A stretch of 64,000 nt of DNA from Eledone cirrhosa (GCA_964016885.1 OZ024743.1:1674001-1738000), one strand, 5' to 3'. Positions 10,903 through 25,983 are shown, counted from the first letter of the stretch. The notes: generated by a model not told the origin, from the sequence alone. Numbers and translations: made by a program.

Positions 10903-12652
10903 TATAATTAGTTAAGATATTTAATTAATTATGAAACCTGACGATAAATCTTTCGATTCCTTCAACTTTTTCTTTTAAACCTTCTTCATAAATATATACT
11001 AATGATGTAATTTAACTACCCTAAAATGTTAATGCTCCCAATCTATTGAATAAATTTTACGCTAGATGAACTTCTATACTAAATATAAGAGCATCTGTAG
11101 AACAACAGGGTCTCCTAAATCTTTTAAATGATTTCTGCTAAATAAGTTTTGTTGAATAATTTTTGGTTTTTTGTTTGCTTTTTGATTCTGATTGCTTCTA
11201 ATGAACTTGGCAATATATTGTCAGATAAATTGGAAGGGTAGATTTCTGTGGTTGATATGGGGGGCATACTGTGTTTTTTACGGCCTGAGATACTCTAGGG
11301 AGTGATGAAAATATTCTTAACGTTTTGATATCTCTGTGCTGATATATTAATATCTGTTGTCTCTGTGCAAAGGCCATATGTATTAATATGAATATGGAAT
11401 GATTACAGAGTATATTCTATTTTATCTGTTTATTTTATCTGTCCATGTACATATATGTGCGCACGCATATATATATATATGTATGTGTGGCTATAGTTCT
11501 GGATATGTTACAGATATGCATAATATTCTATACATGAACGATAATCATGTATGTGAGGGCAGGAATATTAATATATATTTTTATGTATATATATGTATGT
11601 ATATATATATAGTAAATTCTTTTATAACACAAGGGAACATTTTTTTTTCTGTGAAATAAGAAATTACAGAGTTGATCACGTAAGATCACGAGTATGTCTA
11701 TAGTATCAACTAGAACTTGAGATGACCTTCTATTTTTCTCTTTCTTTCCTTTTCCGGAAAGTACATATATACTTATGTATTTCCGTTTTTTTGAAGTTTA
11801 ATCTCAGTTTTTGGTACATCGACCTAAGAATTTTTAAACTAAACATATGGTCATTATTTTTCACACATTATATATCTATGTTCAAATCCCGCCGAGGTTG
11901 ACTTTGCCTTTCATCCTTACGGGGTCGATAAAATAAAGTACCAGTAATGCACTGGATAATTGCTGGCCTTGTGCCTAACGTAGAAACAATTATATATCTA
12001 TGTCTCATTCATGAATATTGATATTTACATTATAATACCCAATTCATATGAATTGATAATTCAAATTGATAGGACATAACGTAAAGATGTAAATCTATCA
12101 TCCTTCTCTCTAGATATAGCTCTTTCTTCTCCTCCCTCTTTATACATGATGAAATTTAAGTATCGGTTATTTTAACTTTGCCTCTCGAGCTTCTCTCTTG
12201 TTTTCTCTCTTACTTCTCTCATATTTCTCTCACCTCCCCATATATAATTATTATTATTTGGTCTACCTCTTTTTCCCCCACCTCTATCTTTCTCTACCTC
12301 TCTGTTTTCTCTTTATTTTTTATTTCTCTCCGTCTCCTTATCACTATAACTAAATAATTAAAGTACTCCCTCCCTCCTAAATCTCTCAATTTGTATGATG
12401 AATTATTATTATTCATCTGTTGCCTCAGTTGCCTCTCATTTTTCACCTCTTCACTAGTTCTCTCTCCCCTATCTCTCTCTATTTCTCTCTGTTTTTCTTT
12501 ACATACATTTCTTCTTTTTCTCCGTCTTTCTTTTTAACTGTGCTTAACACTAAATATTTATAAACATCTCACTACCAAACCAACTTCTTACATAAAAGTT
12601 GATCAATATTTATGGTACGTCAAATTTATTTATAAAACTGCTTATATATTGT

Positions 12653-12716
12653 ATTTTATCTGAAGAAGGCATGCCATATTTTTAATATGGTATCCCTGAA
12701 ATATGTATAATGAAAT
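12653..12716 (+). ncRNA. Type I hammerhead in a Penelope pseudo-LTR
   Basis: ATTTTAT-CTGAAGA-long stem II-GAAA-TATGTA-TA-ATGAAAT; related copy at 61605-61667. Confidence 0.7.
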
Positions 12717-12757
12717 AAATATGGTTTTATAAATATAGTTTCCATTTGTTTAATATC

Positions 12758-12836
<79 letters not shown>

Positions 12837-13201
12837 TGCTACTGTACGTCTGTATACATATATATATGTACGTATACATACATACTTACATTTAAGTAAG
12901 TGCCGTACTAAGAGTGAGAAATGAAATTTCGTTTTCATTTTATTACAACATATATATATAAATATATATAAAAAATAAAAATAAAGATAATAATGACAAA
13001 AATAAAAGCAAAGAAGGGGGTGAGAAAGAAGAAAAGAAAAGATAGCCAAGAAGGGGGAAGGAAGGAAGAAAACGAAGAAATAGAAGAGGAATGAGGGAGA
13101 AGAGGGGGATATATGTATTGGTTTTGTGGGTAATTAAAGGGTTTAGATATAAGAGGGTATAAAGTCTAAGTATATGCAGTTTGTCAGTTTGTAGTAAGAG
13201 G

Positions 13202-13505
13202 TTAAGGGTTCGATTTGTAGTGCGAAAACTTCTCTTTGAGTCTATGGTTACAATAAATTGATCTCTCAATTTTATTGTTGAGTAACTTATTCTTCGAACT
13301 TAAGATGTGGAACAGCTCAAGGTCGCATAATCGACAGCTTCTCATACCACTCCGATATGGGGGCGCGTTCGATAATTTTTTCCACTTCAGGGTGTATTGA
13401 TGGTTACTTTCCCTCAGTTGCCAGGTCTTGTTTGCAAGGGTAGTTACATAACGGTGCTGGGAATGTTTCATTGCGTAACGGTGTGTATACCAACGAGCTT
13501 TAAAT
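13202..13505 (-). pseudogene. Penelope-like element 3' fragment (GIY-YIG C-terminus)
   Basis: FKARWYTH...TLANKTWQLRE...CRLCDLE...LLN...CNH. Confidence 0.85.
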
Positions 13506-13673
13506 GTAAATACAATTCCAAATAAATGTTTTTCTCTATATATTAAGAATTATTTCAAGAGGAACTTACTATTTTGAAAATCTGGACTGTGAACAACAAT
13601 TACCAATGAAACGGTCGTAAATACCTGGATAAAATCCTTCTCTTAATGCTTACCTGTGTTTTCTCTTTTATAC

Positions 13674-13745
<72 letters not shown>

Positions 13746-13843
13746 TGAAATTAGAATATTATTTCTCGCTCTAGCACAGCTGATACATAAATGTAAGTAT
13801 GCATACGTACACACACACACATATATATATTTATATATACATA

Positions 13844-13904
<61 letters not shown>

Positions 13905-13907
<3 letters not shown>

Positions 13908-14130
13908 AGTATGTTTCTGGGACATTACCCTTCATCAGGACTGTTTACCTCTCTGCCACTCTGTTGAACGGTTGAAAATATATAGTATTTTCTGAAGTAT
14001 ACATCGACTGATTAACCTCATTTGCATACCGAGCCTTGTTATTTGTTCCTCGATGCCAGTGTTTAACAAACTGATGACGACTGGTCATCGGCACAGCACA
14101 GCTTTATCTCGCCGATATAACCCATACGTA
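13905..14130 (-). mobile_element. Solo family C unit: octamer-TATA module plus 3'-truncated hammerhead
   Basis: Reverse complement: ATGCAAAT (14027-14020), 35 nt, TATATA, 21 nt, GGCAG, then CTGATGA-AGGG TAATGT CCCA-GAAAC, ending in (TA)n. Confidence 0.65.
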
Positions 14131-14152
14131 CATATGTATATATGTGTGTCTG

Positions 14153-14206
<54 letters not shown>

Positions 14207-14369
14207 AATATATATGTATATATATATGTGTGTACGTATGCATATTTACACACACACACACACACGCACACACACACGCACACATATATAAATATATATA
14301 TATAAATATATACGTGTGTGTGTATCTGTGTGTGTATGTATGAGTATGTTTACACACACACACACACAC

Positions 14370-14442
<73 letters not shown>

Positions 14443-14587
14443 ATAGATATACAGAAAGAGTGAAAAACACATACATACAGGGAAAAAGAGATAGTGAGAG
14501 GGATAGAGAGACATAGACGTATATACAGGTATATATATATATATACAAAGTGTTAAAACGATCACATTTTAGTTTAGAACATTTATT

Positions 14588-14634
14588 TGCTGACAATTGT
14601 TTCTTCCAGAGGGAAGTCTGGAATCATCGGAGCA
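14588..14634 (-). ncRNA. Type I hammerhead, CCGAUGA variant, in a probable Penelope pseudo-LTR
   Basis: Reverse complement TGCT-CCGATGA-TTCCAGA CTTCCC TCTGGAA-GAAA-CAATTG-TC-AGCA. Confidence 0.75.
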
Positions 14635-15060
14635 TAGGGAATGTCAAAATATGTGACTAAAACCCTAGTCATTCAGAACATTTAGGATACATAAGTATTG
14701 TTAGTGTCATAGACATCATGTGGAGAATCAGGAGTTAAAAAGATGTTATGCTTGAGAGGATACAATTACATGCAGCACTGGTTAAAAGTGTAAGAGGTGT
14801 AAGCAAAAAGAAACAGGCAAAAAGCAAGGAAAAATGTGGGATAGGATAGACATAATATATAAGATATAAGATATCATAACATTGGAGAACAGTTAATGTT
14901 ATGGGTGTATAATGCATTGTAGACCCATAACATTAGCTGTTCTCCAATCTTATGCCTATCCTATCCAACATTTTCCTTGCTTGTAACTTTGTAACCTTAT
15001 TTATAATTGTATTAAACATATATAAATATAAATATTCTTATTACTATATATATATATATA

Positions 15061-15152
<92 letters not shown>

Positions 15153-15362
15153 TCTTCTTTTTTTTTTTCTCAACCTGTTAGTTCTTTCGTTACTTTGGTA
15201 TTGTGTGTTAGATTTTGCCTACCACAATGTTCAATTTGTCAAGCTATTTAAACGTATGTTATTACTCTAAGGACCTACCTTGTCGAGTGCTTTGCTAACC
15301 CATTCATATAGTAGGTCGAATTTGCTTGCACACCGCTAAAGATTCGATTTTACTAAGCATCC

Positions 15363-15399
<37 letters not shown>

Positions 15400-15404
<5 letters not shown>

Positions 15405-15634
15405 CGTTTCTGAATTTGTTTAGCAAGATTCTTTATCTGAAAACGTGTGTTGAAACCGATATTGTTATACTTTGGGAGGGTCATGTTGCCAATAAGAAAC
15501 ACACGCACCAGTTGCTTTCACTCCAATTTATTATAAATTAAATTTATAAATTTATAAATTTAATTTATAATAAATTGGAGTGAAAGCAACTGGTACGTGT
15601 GTTTCTTATTGGCAACACGACCTTCCTAAAGTAT

Positions 15635-15640
<6 letters not shown>
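15400..15640. repeat. Foldback (inverted) copy of a dispersed repeat between (TA)n tracts; related to 4930-5030
   Basis: 15459-15545 is approximately the reverse complement of 15555-15641. Confidence 0.8.
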
Positions 15641-15705
<65 letters not shown>

Positions 15706-15876
15706 CAAAAAGGAATATTTAATTTGTTGGTAATCCAACAAATATATATGTTTATAACTAATTCGAAGCACTCGATATATATATATAGAGAGATAGATAT
15801 ATAGAGAGAGTGGGAGAGAGAGAGAGAGGGAGAGAGAAGGAGAAAGAGAGAGAGAGAAAGAGAGAGATAGATAGAT

Positions 15877-15957
<81 letters not shown>

Positions 15958-16355
15958 GAGAGAGAGAGAGCGAGAGAAAGTGATATAGATAGATGGAAGA
16001 GCTATATAGAGACAGACATACATACAAGTAGAGAAAGACAGGTAGAAATGGAGAGGTAGAGAAAAGTTGAGAGAGAAAGAGAAAAAGATAATGAGAGACA
16101 TAAAATGAGAGATAGAGAGATAGAGAGACATAGAGGAAGATAGAGAGAGATAGAGAGGCATTGAGGGAGATAAATTGATAGAGAGATATTAAACTATGTG
16201 AATGTGCTTGAAAGAGCAGTGAAATGCAACCCCCATTCCGTTTTCGGAGTAAAAGCCGATGGCGAGCATGCCCGAGGTCAGATTAATTTGAAAACACGAA
16301 AAATCTCAATTATCACCAATTTTATTTTGTCAACGTACAAAGAAACAAACTTCCT

Positions 16356-16447
<92 letters not shown>

Positions 16448-16698
16448 TGACAGTTGAAAATTGCAAACTTGACTGTCACCGCACATTATGAATCTGAAGA
16501 TTGCGAAAGCCTGAAAATACTTTTTCAATTAACACTTAACATTTAATATTCTATTCTATCATACTATTTCATTATAATACCATTATAAATTTTAAAGGAT
16601 TGTAAATAAAACGAGTAAATCAGACAAAGTTGGAATTCCTCTTATTAATATAATCTTCTATACACAATCATACACACCCGTGTATATTTATTTATCTC

Positions 16699-16805
<107 letters not shown>

Positions 16806-17186
16806 AGTAAGTATGTTTTGAAACAGTGAGCAGGTTTGAAATTAGAAAATAGAATAGCTTTCACCGTATTTTTGACTAAAGGAATTTTAGCCTGATAATG
16901 GGGTTTAGAACCCTCAGATAAATGGAAAAAGATGAGTATTGACGTACATGTACTCCCATGTACGTCAATACTCATCTTTGTTTTTATGGTAAGGGTAATA
17001 TAGGCCAGTGTCAAGATTAAGAGATACATCCAAGAAATTAGCTAGTTTGATACTATTATCAAATTCAATTTTTAGGTTATGTTGGTTAAAGAGATTACGT
17101 ATATTGTTCTTAATAATATTAAGGTTAACTATATTGCAATTTAGGATAGTAAAGAGTCCATCGTCACGATAAATTCCACCGCGAAG

Positions 17187-18395
17187 TTGATGTATTTCTT
17201 GGATGTATCTCTTAATCTTGACACTGGCCTATATTACCCTTACCATAAAAACAATGAGAACCTAAATTATGTTAACTTTAAATCTAACCATCCTACCAAT
17301 ATCAAGAATGCTATAGTTAGTAATATTGGAAAAAGAATATCTAACATATCCTCTAATAAAAACATCTTTGATGCTAACGCCAATTACTATAATAACGCAC
17401 TTTCTAAAGCCGGCTATCCAGATAAAATCAAATATAGTAAAGAAACAAATTCTAGAAAAACTTACAGTAGAATAATTAATCATGATCATTCCAATAATTT
17501 TAATAAAAGACCTAGATACAAAAACATAATCTGGTATAATGCTCCTTTCTCCATCTCTATTAATAACAATATTCCTAAATTATTTTTTAGTGCCTTAAAT
17601 AAATGCTTCCCTCCCTCACATATCTATAGTAAAATATTTAACAAACACACCATCAAATTTTCTTATTCCACATCCTCCAATATTTCCAACATCATCTCTA
17701 AACACAACAATAAAATACTAAATACTAAATCTCTTCCTTCCAACATTGAATTTCATAATAACAGTAATAGTACTCCCGACGTCATTGTAAACCCTAGGCT
17801 AACTTCTGTAAACCCAAATACAACGTCAAACACAACTTCGCTAAATGTTCATAATCCAACTCTAAATCAAGAAACTATTATTCCTATCATTCCTATCGCA
17901 AACAACTTCTCCAATCCAATTCCTTCTATAGATAACACTAGGTCACTCATTAATAATCTCTCTAATTGCAACTGCCGCATTAAAAATAAATGTCCTCTCA
18001 ACAACCATTGTCTCGATAAAAACTTAATTTATGAATGTAAAATTATAACTAGCACCAATTCCTTCACCTATTTTGGCTCCACTTCCACCTCTTTTAAAGC
18101 TCGTCTCTATAATCATCATTCATCTTTCAAATACAAACTTAAAAGAACCAACACTGCTCTCTCAGAACTCATATGGTCCTTAAAAGACAAAAACATTAAA
18201 TATACCATCTTTTGGAAGAAGGTTTCTTCTGCATCCTCATACTCGAACAGCTCTCTATCTAAAATCTGTAATCTCTGCCTAAATGAAAAATTTACCATTA
18301 TCTCTAACCTAGATTCTATAATAAATAGACGTACAAATTTGTTTTCTATCTGCCTGCATAAATTCCATAGAACTTTTCACAAAGTATACAGTTAA
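17187..18395 (+). CDS. 5'-truncated Penelope-like element ORF (RT thumb, linker, GIY-YIG endonuclease)
   Basis: FLDVSLNL, SNHP, IIWYNAPFS, CNCRIKNKCPLNNHC, LIY...YFGSTSTSFKARLYNH, CNLCLNEK. Confidence 0.92.
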   Translation: MMYFLDVSLNLDTGLYYPYHKNNENLNYVNFKSNHPTNIKNAIVSNIGKRISNISSNKNIFDANANYYNNALSKAGYPDKIKYSKETNSRKTYSRIINHDHSNNFNKRPRYKNIIWYNAPFSISINNNIPKLFFSALNKCFPPSHIYSKIFNKHTIKFSYSTSSNISNIISKHNNKILNTKSLPSNIEFHNNSNSTPDVIVNPRLTSVNPNTTSNTTSLNVHNPTLNQETIIPIIPIANNFSNPIPSIDNTRSLINNLSNCNCRIKNKCPLNNHCLDKNLIYECKIITSTNSFTYFGSTSTSFKARLYNHHSSFKYKLKRTNTALSELIWSLKDKNIKYTIFWKKVSSASSYSNSSLSKICNLCLNEKFTIISNLDSIINRRTNLFSICLHKFHRTFHKVYS

Positions 18396-19418
18396 TATTC
18401 AATTCTTTATCAATTTAGAATCTTTTCTCAAAGGCACATATACATACACCTCTTTAAAATATACCCATCTTCCTACCATACTTTAAAGGGCTTTATACAC
18501 TCTATAATACTTGTTTACTCATTACCCTCATTCTATCTTCACCTTGTAAAATCATTCATAACATATACATCTGTTTTTTTGACGTTAGAATATTCATCCG
18601 CAATCATTATTTTTTTCTCTCTATCATAAATCTTTTTAATCTCAATTTCATCCTTAATTTATTATTTTTTTTTCTCCCCATCAACGAACTCATTCTTAAT
18701 ACATATTAACTCTATTCGCATATATTATCAATTCCTCCAATATACAAACTTTAACTTCACATTATTTTTCTCAAATCCTTCTACACACAAACCTTAATAA
18801 TTTTTCTCTTCGTTAATTTTGAAATTGCCACAACATACCCTTTTTTGACGTTAGAATATTCATCCACAATTATTATTTCCTCTCTCTATCTTCATACATA
18901 AATTCCCTTCGTTAATTTTCAAATTCCTTTAATTTATACATTATCTTCCAACGGTTTCTCAACCTCTCTATGTAAAACAATATATCTTTCTCTCAGTTAT
19001 AAAAACTATCTCTTTCTCTCTATCACCCATCTCTCCCTCTCCACCTTCACTCTCATCTCCTCCCCCTTTTTTCATCCTTTCCACCCCCCCTCCCTAAATA
19101 AAATACTTTTTCCTCGCACATATCCTCCTTTCGTTAATTTTCAAATTTTTTTTTTAATTTATATATTATCTTCCAACGGTTTTCAACCTCTCTATGTAAA
19201 ACAACATATCTCCTCTCAGTTATAAAAACTATCCCTTTCTCTCTATCACCCATCTCTCCCTCTCATCTCCTCCCCTTTTTCATCCTTTCCACCCCCCCCT
19301 CTCTCTAAATAAAATATTTTTCCCAATATCACACATCAATCTAAAACCACTTTTCATATGTTGATTTAAAACTGCACTATCCACAAGTGTTTTTTAGCCT
19401 TCATATCATGTTCTCCTG

Positions 19419-19485
19419 TTTTATCTGATGAAAACACAAATATTATTGCATGATGATGTTTGTTTTTGAAATGCGCATAATAAAA
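19419..19485 (+). ncRNA. Type I hammerhead at the 3' end of the Penelope element
   Basis: TTTTAT-CTGATGA-long stem II-GAAA-TGCGCA-TA-ATAAAA; palindromic stem III. Confidence 0.85.
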
Positions 19486-19636
19486 TACATGGAACTCCTT
19501 TAACCATCTTTTGATCTTATATTATATATATATATATATATATGTATGTAAAAGGTAAACAGAAAAATAACAACACAATCGGTACAGTATATGGAAGGGA
19601 TATATTAGGTTAACGCTTGATATAGCAGGAAGAGAG

Positions 19637-19672
19637 TCTTAACGTTTCGGTCGCTAGTCCTTCATCAGAAGA
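19637..19672 (-). ncRNA. Minimal hammerhead in a solo Penelope pseudo-LTR (~19545-19860)
   Basis: Reverse complement CTT-CTGATGA-AGGACTAGCGACC-GAAACGTTAAG; related copies at 34372 (+) and 48624 (-). Confidence 0.75.
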
Positions 19673-20109
19673 AAGAATGAGAAATAAGATAGATTGAGGG
19701 GACGGGTGGTTTGGAAGTGGAAAAAATATCTTTAGATAAAAATAACAGTTCGATTCATGTTGACATCTCTTGAAAACTGTTGGCGCTGGATGTTTTGTGT
19801 ATGATTTATTTTTTTAGAAAAGTGGATGATGGAGCGCGTCTACCTGAAATGGAAATAAAACTGTTTTGTAAAAAGAGCTATACTTGTGCACGTGCGTAAG
19901 CATGTATGTGTGTGTGTATGTGTGTGTGTGTGTGTGTGTGTTATTATACGTCCGTACGAAGCTAAGAAGAAATGTGTGTGTATATGTGAGTAAAAGACTG
20001 TGTGCATGTAAGTACAAAGCTATGAGCAAAAGTATGTTAATATAAGGGTGTGTATGTGTGTATACAGAGCAGTGAAGGGAAAAGTGGGCCTGTATTATAT
20101 ATATATATA

Positions 20110-20293
20110 GGGCGGTGGATTGGCAGTGTCGGTAGAGGGTCGGACGCCATGCTTTCCAGCATAGTTACGTCCCTTTACGATCTGAGTTCAAATCCCGCCG
20201 AGGTTGACTCCGCCTTTCATCCTTACGGGGTCGATAAAATAAAGTACCAGTAATGCACTGGGTAATTGCTGGCCTTGTGCCTAAAGTAGAAAC

Positions 20294-20298
<5 letters not shown>
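20110..20298 (+). mobile_element. tRNA-derived SINE (same family as 110-780)
   Basis: GAGTTCAAATCCCGCCGAGGTTGAC...GGGGTCGATAAAATAAAGTACCAG; near-identical copy at 39576-39760. Confidence 0.85.
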
Positions 20299-20340
<42 letters not shown>

Positions 20341-20473
20341 TTCTGTCATTACTACCGCAGAGGTCCGAGGAGCTTTTGATTCTAGATCGATACAGATCGA
20401 ACCTTAGCTGATCAGTAGCGAAACAAGCGTCACAAACTAATAAACGTAATGAAGGAGTAACCATTCGTCCTTG

Positions 20474-20803
<330 letters not shown>

Positions 20804-20869
20804 CAAATAGTATATTTCAGAAAATATCATATATTTTCACTAGCTCTGACAGTTGGCAGGTTAGCAGAA

Positions 20870-20918
20870 AACTGCACTGATGAAGGGTAATTACCCAGAA
20901 ACATTAGTGTCTGCAGTT
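20870..20918 (+). ncRNA. Type I hammerhead ribozyme (family C-related solo unit)
   Basis: AACTGCA-CTGATGA-AGGGT AATT ACCCA-GAAA-CA TTAG TG-TC-TGCAGTT; preceded by CATATA, 21 nt, GGCAG. Confidence 0.88.
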
Positions 20919-21133
20919 CTGTTTACATTCCAACACAAGAGCAAGAATGAGGGGCTCATTGATATGGGACATACTGATATGGGACATACTGATATGGCTT
21001 AAAAGAGGCTGTTTGCAAACGAATCGAATTATTATTAATATTCGAAAAACTCAGATTACATTTATATATTAACCCATGCTAGCGTGGAAGATAGACGTTA
21101 AACGATGATGATGATGATGATAATATATATATA

Positions 21134-21301
21134 CCGTATTTCCCGGCGCCGAAGACGCTTCGTCCTCGAGGACGCACCCTAATTTTGGCAACCAAAAATT
21201 TGAAAAAAAATAATAAACCACCTTCGCCCTCCAGGACGCATGGTAGATTTTTGAGACTTATTTTAGGAAAAAAGTAGCATCTTCGACGCCGGAAAATACG
21301 G
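21134..21301. mobile_element. Tc1/mariner (pogo-like) MITE
   Basis: TIRs CCGTATTTCCCGGCGCCGAAGACGC / GCATCTTCGACGCCGGAAAATACGG with TA on both sides. Confidence 0.85.
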
Positions 21302-21459
21302 TATACATATATATGTTTCCTTTTTATAAGTGTTATATATATATAGATGTGTTTACTCCGGACGAAAATGTATTAACTTTTCGAACCACTGAATGTTTTG
21401 TGACCTCTTCAAACAATTGGTATATGCTCTACTGCAGCTATCACTTCGATTTATACTTA

Positions 21460-21552
<93 letters not shown>

Positions 21553-21885
21553 ACACCACACACACTTCAAACAGTCAGTATTTCAGAAACATAATCATTT
21601 CTAAGAAAACACTTTTCTTAATATCAAAAACCACTCGACCATAAACTATGCGAATTAAAAAAAACAAAAACATAAAAACAACAACAAACAAACAACAACA
21701 AAAACACGTTTCTATTTGATTATCACTACAAAATAAAGAAAATAAATATTCAATGAATTTGATCCACAAAAACGACCGAAGCACCCAATATCATATAATG
21801 ATACGCCGTATCTGGTTATCTATATATTTTTATCTATAACTTGATAGGTAAAGAAAGAAAGAAAGAAAGAAAGAAAAAGAGAGAG

Positions 21886-21932
<47 letters not shown>

Positions 21933-21948
21933 AAAAGTGAGAGAGAGA

Positions 21949-21979
<31 letters not shown>

Positions 21980-21997
21980 TAAGAGAGAGAGAGAGAG

Positions 21998-22031
<34 letters not shown>

Positions 22032-22046
22032 GGAAAGAGAGAACGA

Positions 22047-22110
<64 letters not shown>

Positions 22111-22164
22111 GTGAGGCGGAGAGAAAATGTAAAATGAGATAACTAAAGGCACAGTGACTACATA

Positions 22165-23820
22165 AACTATGTCAGGTATTACCTTTGTTGTTCGTATTTT
22201 AGAGTCGAAGACGTCTACGACTTCAATGTTTGGTGGAGAATCTTTGGCTGTGATTGCAAAGGTGACAGGTGAGGCTAATCCGGGCCCGGAAACCACGCCC
22301 ATAAGTGGTGCACATCTGGATAAAAAGTACAGTGGAAGTGGATGTGGTTTGTGCGTTGTACGAGGAGCACTTCTCCTGGGCCTCTGTGGTATGTCTGGTT
22401 TCTGCTGCACATGCTCCATCAAAGATTTTACTTTACCAGATTGTGCGATCCAGGACAAGTGATTCTCTGCTACTGGGATTAATGTTGAGGTTTTTGAATG
22501 ACACTTTTAAATTGTCATTGAAACATTTCTTCTGCACAGCAGCGACTGATCGCTTGCCCTGGCTCAACTCTGCATACAGTAGTTTTTTCGGTAGCCTGCT
22601 GTCAGACATCCTGACAACACAACCAGTCCACCTGATTTGGGCATACCATGGGTAGGATACGGTGTGGATACTGTCGGGGCGAATCCGTCTCAGGACTTCC
22701 GACTATGGGAGTTTGTCCTGCTACCGTATGTGCAGAAGTCTGCAAAAGTAGCTCAAATGGAAATGGTTGAGCTGTTTAGCATATCTACTGTAGGCAGTGA
22801 AAATCTCACAGACGCAGAGGAGGGTAGTGAGTACCATTGCTCTGTAGATTTCCAGCTTAGTTGTGAGGCTGAGTCCACTCCCTCTCATACATTCTCATGG
22901 AACTTGCTAAAGCTCCTACTTTAGCAATTCTAATGCTGACTTCTTCAACTATGCTTGCCATTCGTGAAAGTCTGCTTCCCAGATAAATGAAGCTATCGGC
23001 AGCTTGTACTTCTGTCCTACTGTAATGTGGATATGTGGTTCATGATAGAGCTCTCTAAGTGCAGCCAAGTACATAGCTTCGGTTTTGTTGGTGCTAATTT
23101 TGAATACAAATTTGTCACAAACTTGTGAAAAACTGTCAACTTTTTGCTGCATCTTATATTGTGTGCTAGCATTGCGGGCGCAGCCATCAGCGAACAATAA
23201 GTCTCTGATGATAGCATCTTTTACTTTTGTGAGAGTATGCCGAGGTCGGAGATTAAATAGCCTACTATCAGTCCTGTATCGGATGTGTATGCCATCTTGG
23301 CAAACGTGGAAGGCATCATGCAGCATAACAGAAAAGACCAAATTAAAAAGTGTAGGGGTGAAAATGCATTCTTGCTTCTCACCATCAACCAATGCCAACG
23401 CTTCTGACTCGTCACTATCGCCCAAAACTTTCACCACTCTACCATCATGGAACCACCGAACAACCGTGGTGAACCTTCTAGGGCAACTAAACATTTCCAT
23501 TATTTTTAGTAGGCCATCTCTGATGACGGTATCAAATGCTTTAGTAAGATCGATGAACCTCATAAATATGCCGTTGTGCTACCTCTGGCATTGTTCCTGG
23601 AGTTAGCAGCAAATATTATACCAGCAGTGCTACTGACCTCTTCCAATCCATACGGAATGAAGGAAAAGTCCTGCAACATTTAAAAGATGCCAACATGATC
23701 CACATCTACAAAAGGAAAGACAACCGCCAGTCATGTGACAGTCACCGATGCATTTCTCTCCAGTCCATAGCCAAGAATATCTTGGCCCGCGTCCTTCTCA
23801 ACGACCTCATCCCTACCTTT
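22165..23820 (-). mobile_element. Decayed RTE (BovB-like) LINE, RT pseudogene, with an inverted 5' segment at ~23660-23820
   Basis: FIDLTKAFDTV, IRDLLFADG, ISTNKTE on minus; FKDANMIHIYKRKDNRQSCDSHRCISL on plus (twin-priming-like inversion). Confidence 0.85.
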
Positions 23821-24079
23821 GTACTGACACTGTGACTAAATAAGCTCTGTAAGGTATTTCAACCTTTCTTTCTTTGTATGTTTTTTGAAGCGTGGCTGAC
23901 CAAAAGGTTTTATATAACAATCATTAATCCACCCCGTGGACCAGTAAAACGTGTAAATAAAAAAGTTGTCATTTTTGACGGCTCAAGTGGCTATAAGCTT
24001 ATATATATTGGTCATCTATAATTTGCTGCAGGTTGTATGCACTTTCATATTTACGAACTATTGGTAATATTTTACTATA

Positions 24080-25330
24080 TAATTCTGAGTTCAAATCCTG
24101 CCGAGGTCGAATTTGTATTTGATCCTTCCGGGTTCGATAAAATAAAATACCAGTCACATATTGGGATCGATGCAATCGATTTTCCTCTCTCCACAAATTG
24201 TTTGTCTTGTGCTCAAATTAGAAATCAACACTTTACTATTAAATAGAAAATGTCAAGTTTTAGATATGAAATTCAACAATGGTTCTCCAGTGTTTCAAAC
24301 GGAAACAGCATTCCCTATAGTTAATAGTTTCTTCTTTAGGCACAAGGCCAGCAATTTTTTTGGAAGGGGAAAGTCGATTAAATCGACCCCAGTGCGTGAC
24401 TGGTTATTTTATCGACTCCGTAAGGATGAAAGGCAAAGCTAACCTCCGCGGGATTTGAACGCATAACGCAAAGGGCCGAAACCTTATGCTACGAAGCATG
24501 TTGCCCGACACTCTACCGGATCTGCTAATCCACCACTCTGGCATTCTCTATAATTAATAAAACTGTCGTAATATTTTACGACATGCGTAAAGGTTTCTTC
24601 TGTCTAGCGTCTGATCGCTGGCCTTGACTCTACTCTCCATACAGTGGTTGTTTCGGCTGTCTGCTTACAGACATCCTGACAACATGACCAGTCTATCTGA
24701 TTTGAGCCTACCGTAGGACTGTGTGGATACTGTGGGTGCAAATCCGTTTCAGGACCTGCGACTGTGGGACTTTGTCCTGCTATCATCTATGGAGAAGTTA
24801 ATCTGTTGAAGTCGCATGTTTTCAGTAGTAGGTTCTTGATTTCTAGTTATATGAGCTGTTATAGGTTGGGTGGCGTGTTTCCGGATTTATGGCATCTGTA
24901 TTCCTCTTGCATTAGTGAATTGGCAGAATCGGTAGACCGTCAGACAGCATGCTTTGCAATATAGAGTTATGACCCTTTACGTTCTGAGTTCAAATCCTGC
25001 CGAGGTTAGTTTTGCCTTTCATCCTTACGCGGTCGATAAAATAAAGCAGCAGTAATGCACTGGGATCGATTTAATCGACTTTCCCCTCTCCCCAAATTAC
25101 TGGCCTTGCTCCTATAATAGAAATCATTATTTCTGTTATTCCTAGGGTGGCAACTTAGTAGAATTATTAGAGCAACGGTATTTGTTCCGTCTTTTTAGAT
25201 TCTGGGTTCAAATACCATTGACGTCAGCATTGTCTTTCATCCTTTTAGGCTCGATAACATAAAGTACTATTAAAGTACTGAGGTCGATTTAATTGATTTT
25301 CTCCCTCTTTCTGCTTAAAATAGAAATCAT
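24080..25330. mobile_element. Cluster of 4 SINE copies (both strands) around a small RTE fragment (24600-24900)
   Basis: SINE core motif at ~24085(+), ~24425(-), ~24985(+), ~25200(+). Confidence 0.75.
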
Positions 25331-25435
25331 TATTTTTGTTATACCTGGCCATGTGCCAAAAGCAGAAACAATTATTTCTGTTACCTCTAATTACTAGTTC
25401 ATCGGACGGTTAGGAAGTGTTTCGTGGCTATAGAG

Positions 25436-25752
25436 CAGCGTTTCTCAACCTTTTTACCATTGTAGAACTCTTGAAATAGTTTTCATGTCTCAGGGAACCC
25501 CTGCATAAAAAAATATTATATACCACCGACAGGTAACGACCTAGTCTTAAATAATATAAGATGTTAAGCCTTTATTATAATAACCAAGGATTTTCCAACA
25601 ATATGCCGTACGTGCATAGTAAAATTACAATATAAAATTAAACAAAAATTACTCAAAAATACATTAGCTTATTTATCACTGTTTCTCGTGGAACCCCTAG
25701 CAACCGCTTGCGGGGCCCTATGGTTCCGGGGAACGCCGGTTGAGAAACGCAG
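25436..25752. mobile_element. hAT (Charlie-like) MITE
   Basis: TIRs CAGCGTTTCTCAACC / GGTTGAGAAACGCAG; 8-bp TSD CTATAGAG. Confidence 0.9.
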
Positions 25753-25907
25753 CTATAGAGGAAAGGAAAGGTGCCTTGATTTAGTTCATCATATAGACTT
25801 AAGAATTTAAAGTCCAGTACTTAGTTTATTGATTTCTTTTGTGTTGAGCCGTTACGGGATATAACCATAATACAGACACAAACATAAACATAGACGACCC
25901 GCATCCA

Positions 25908-25983
<76 letters not shown>
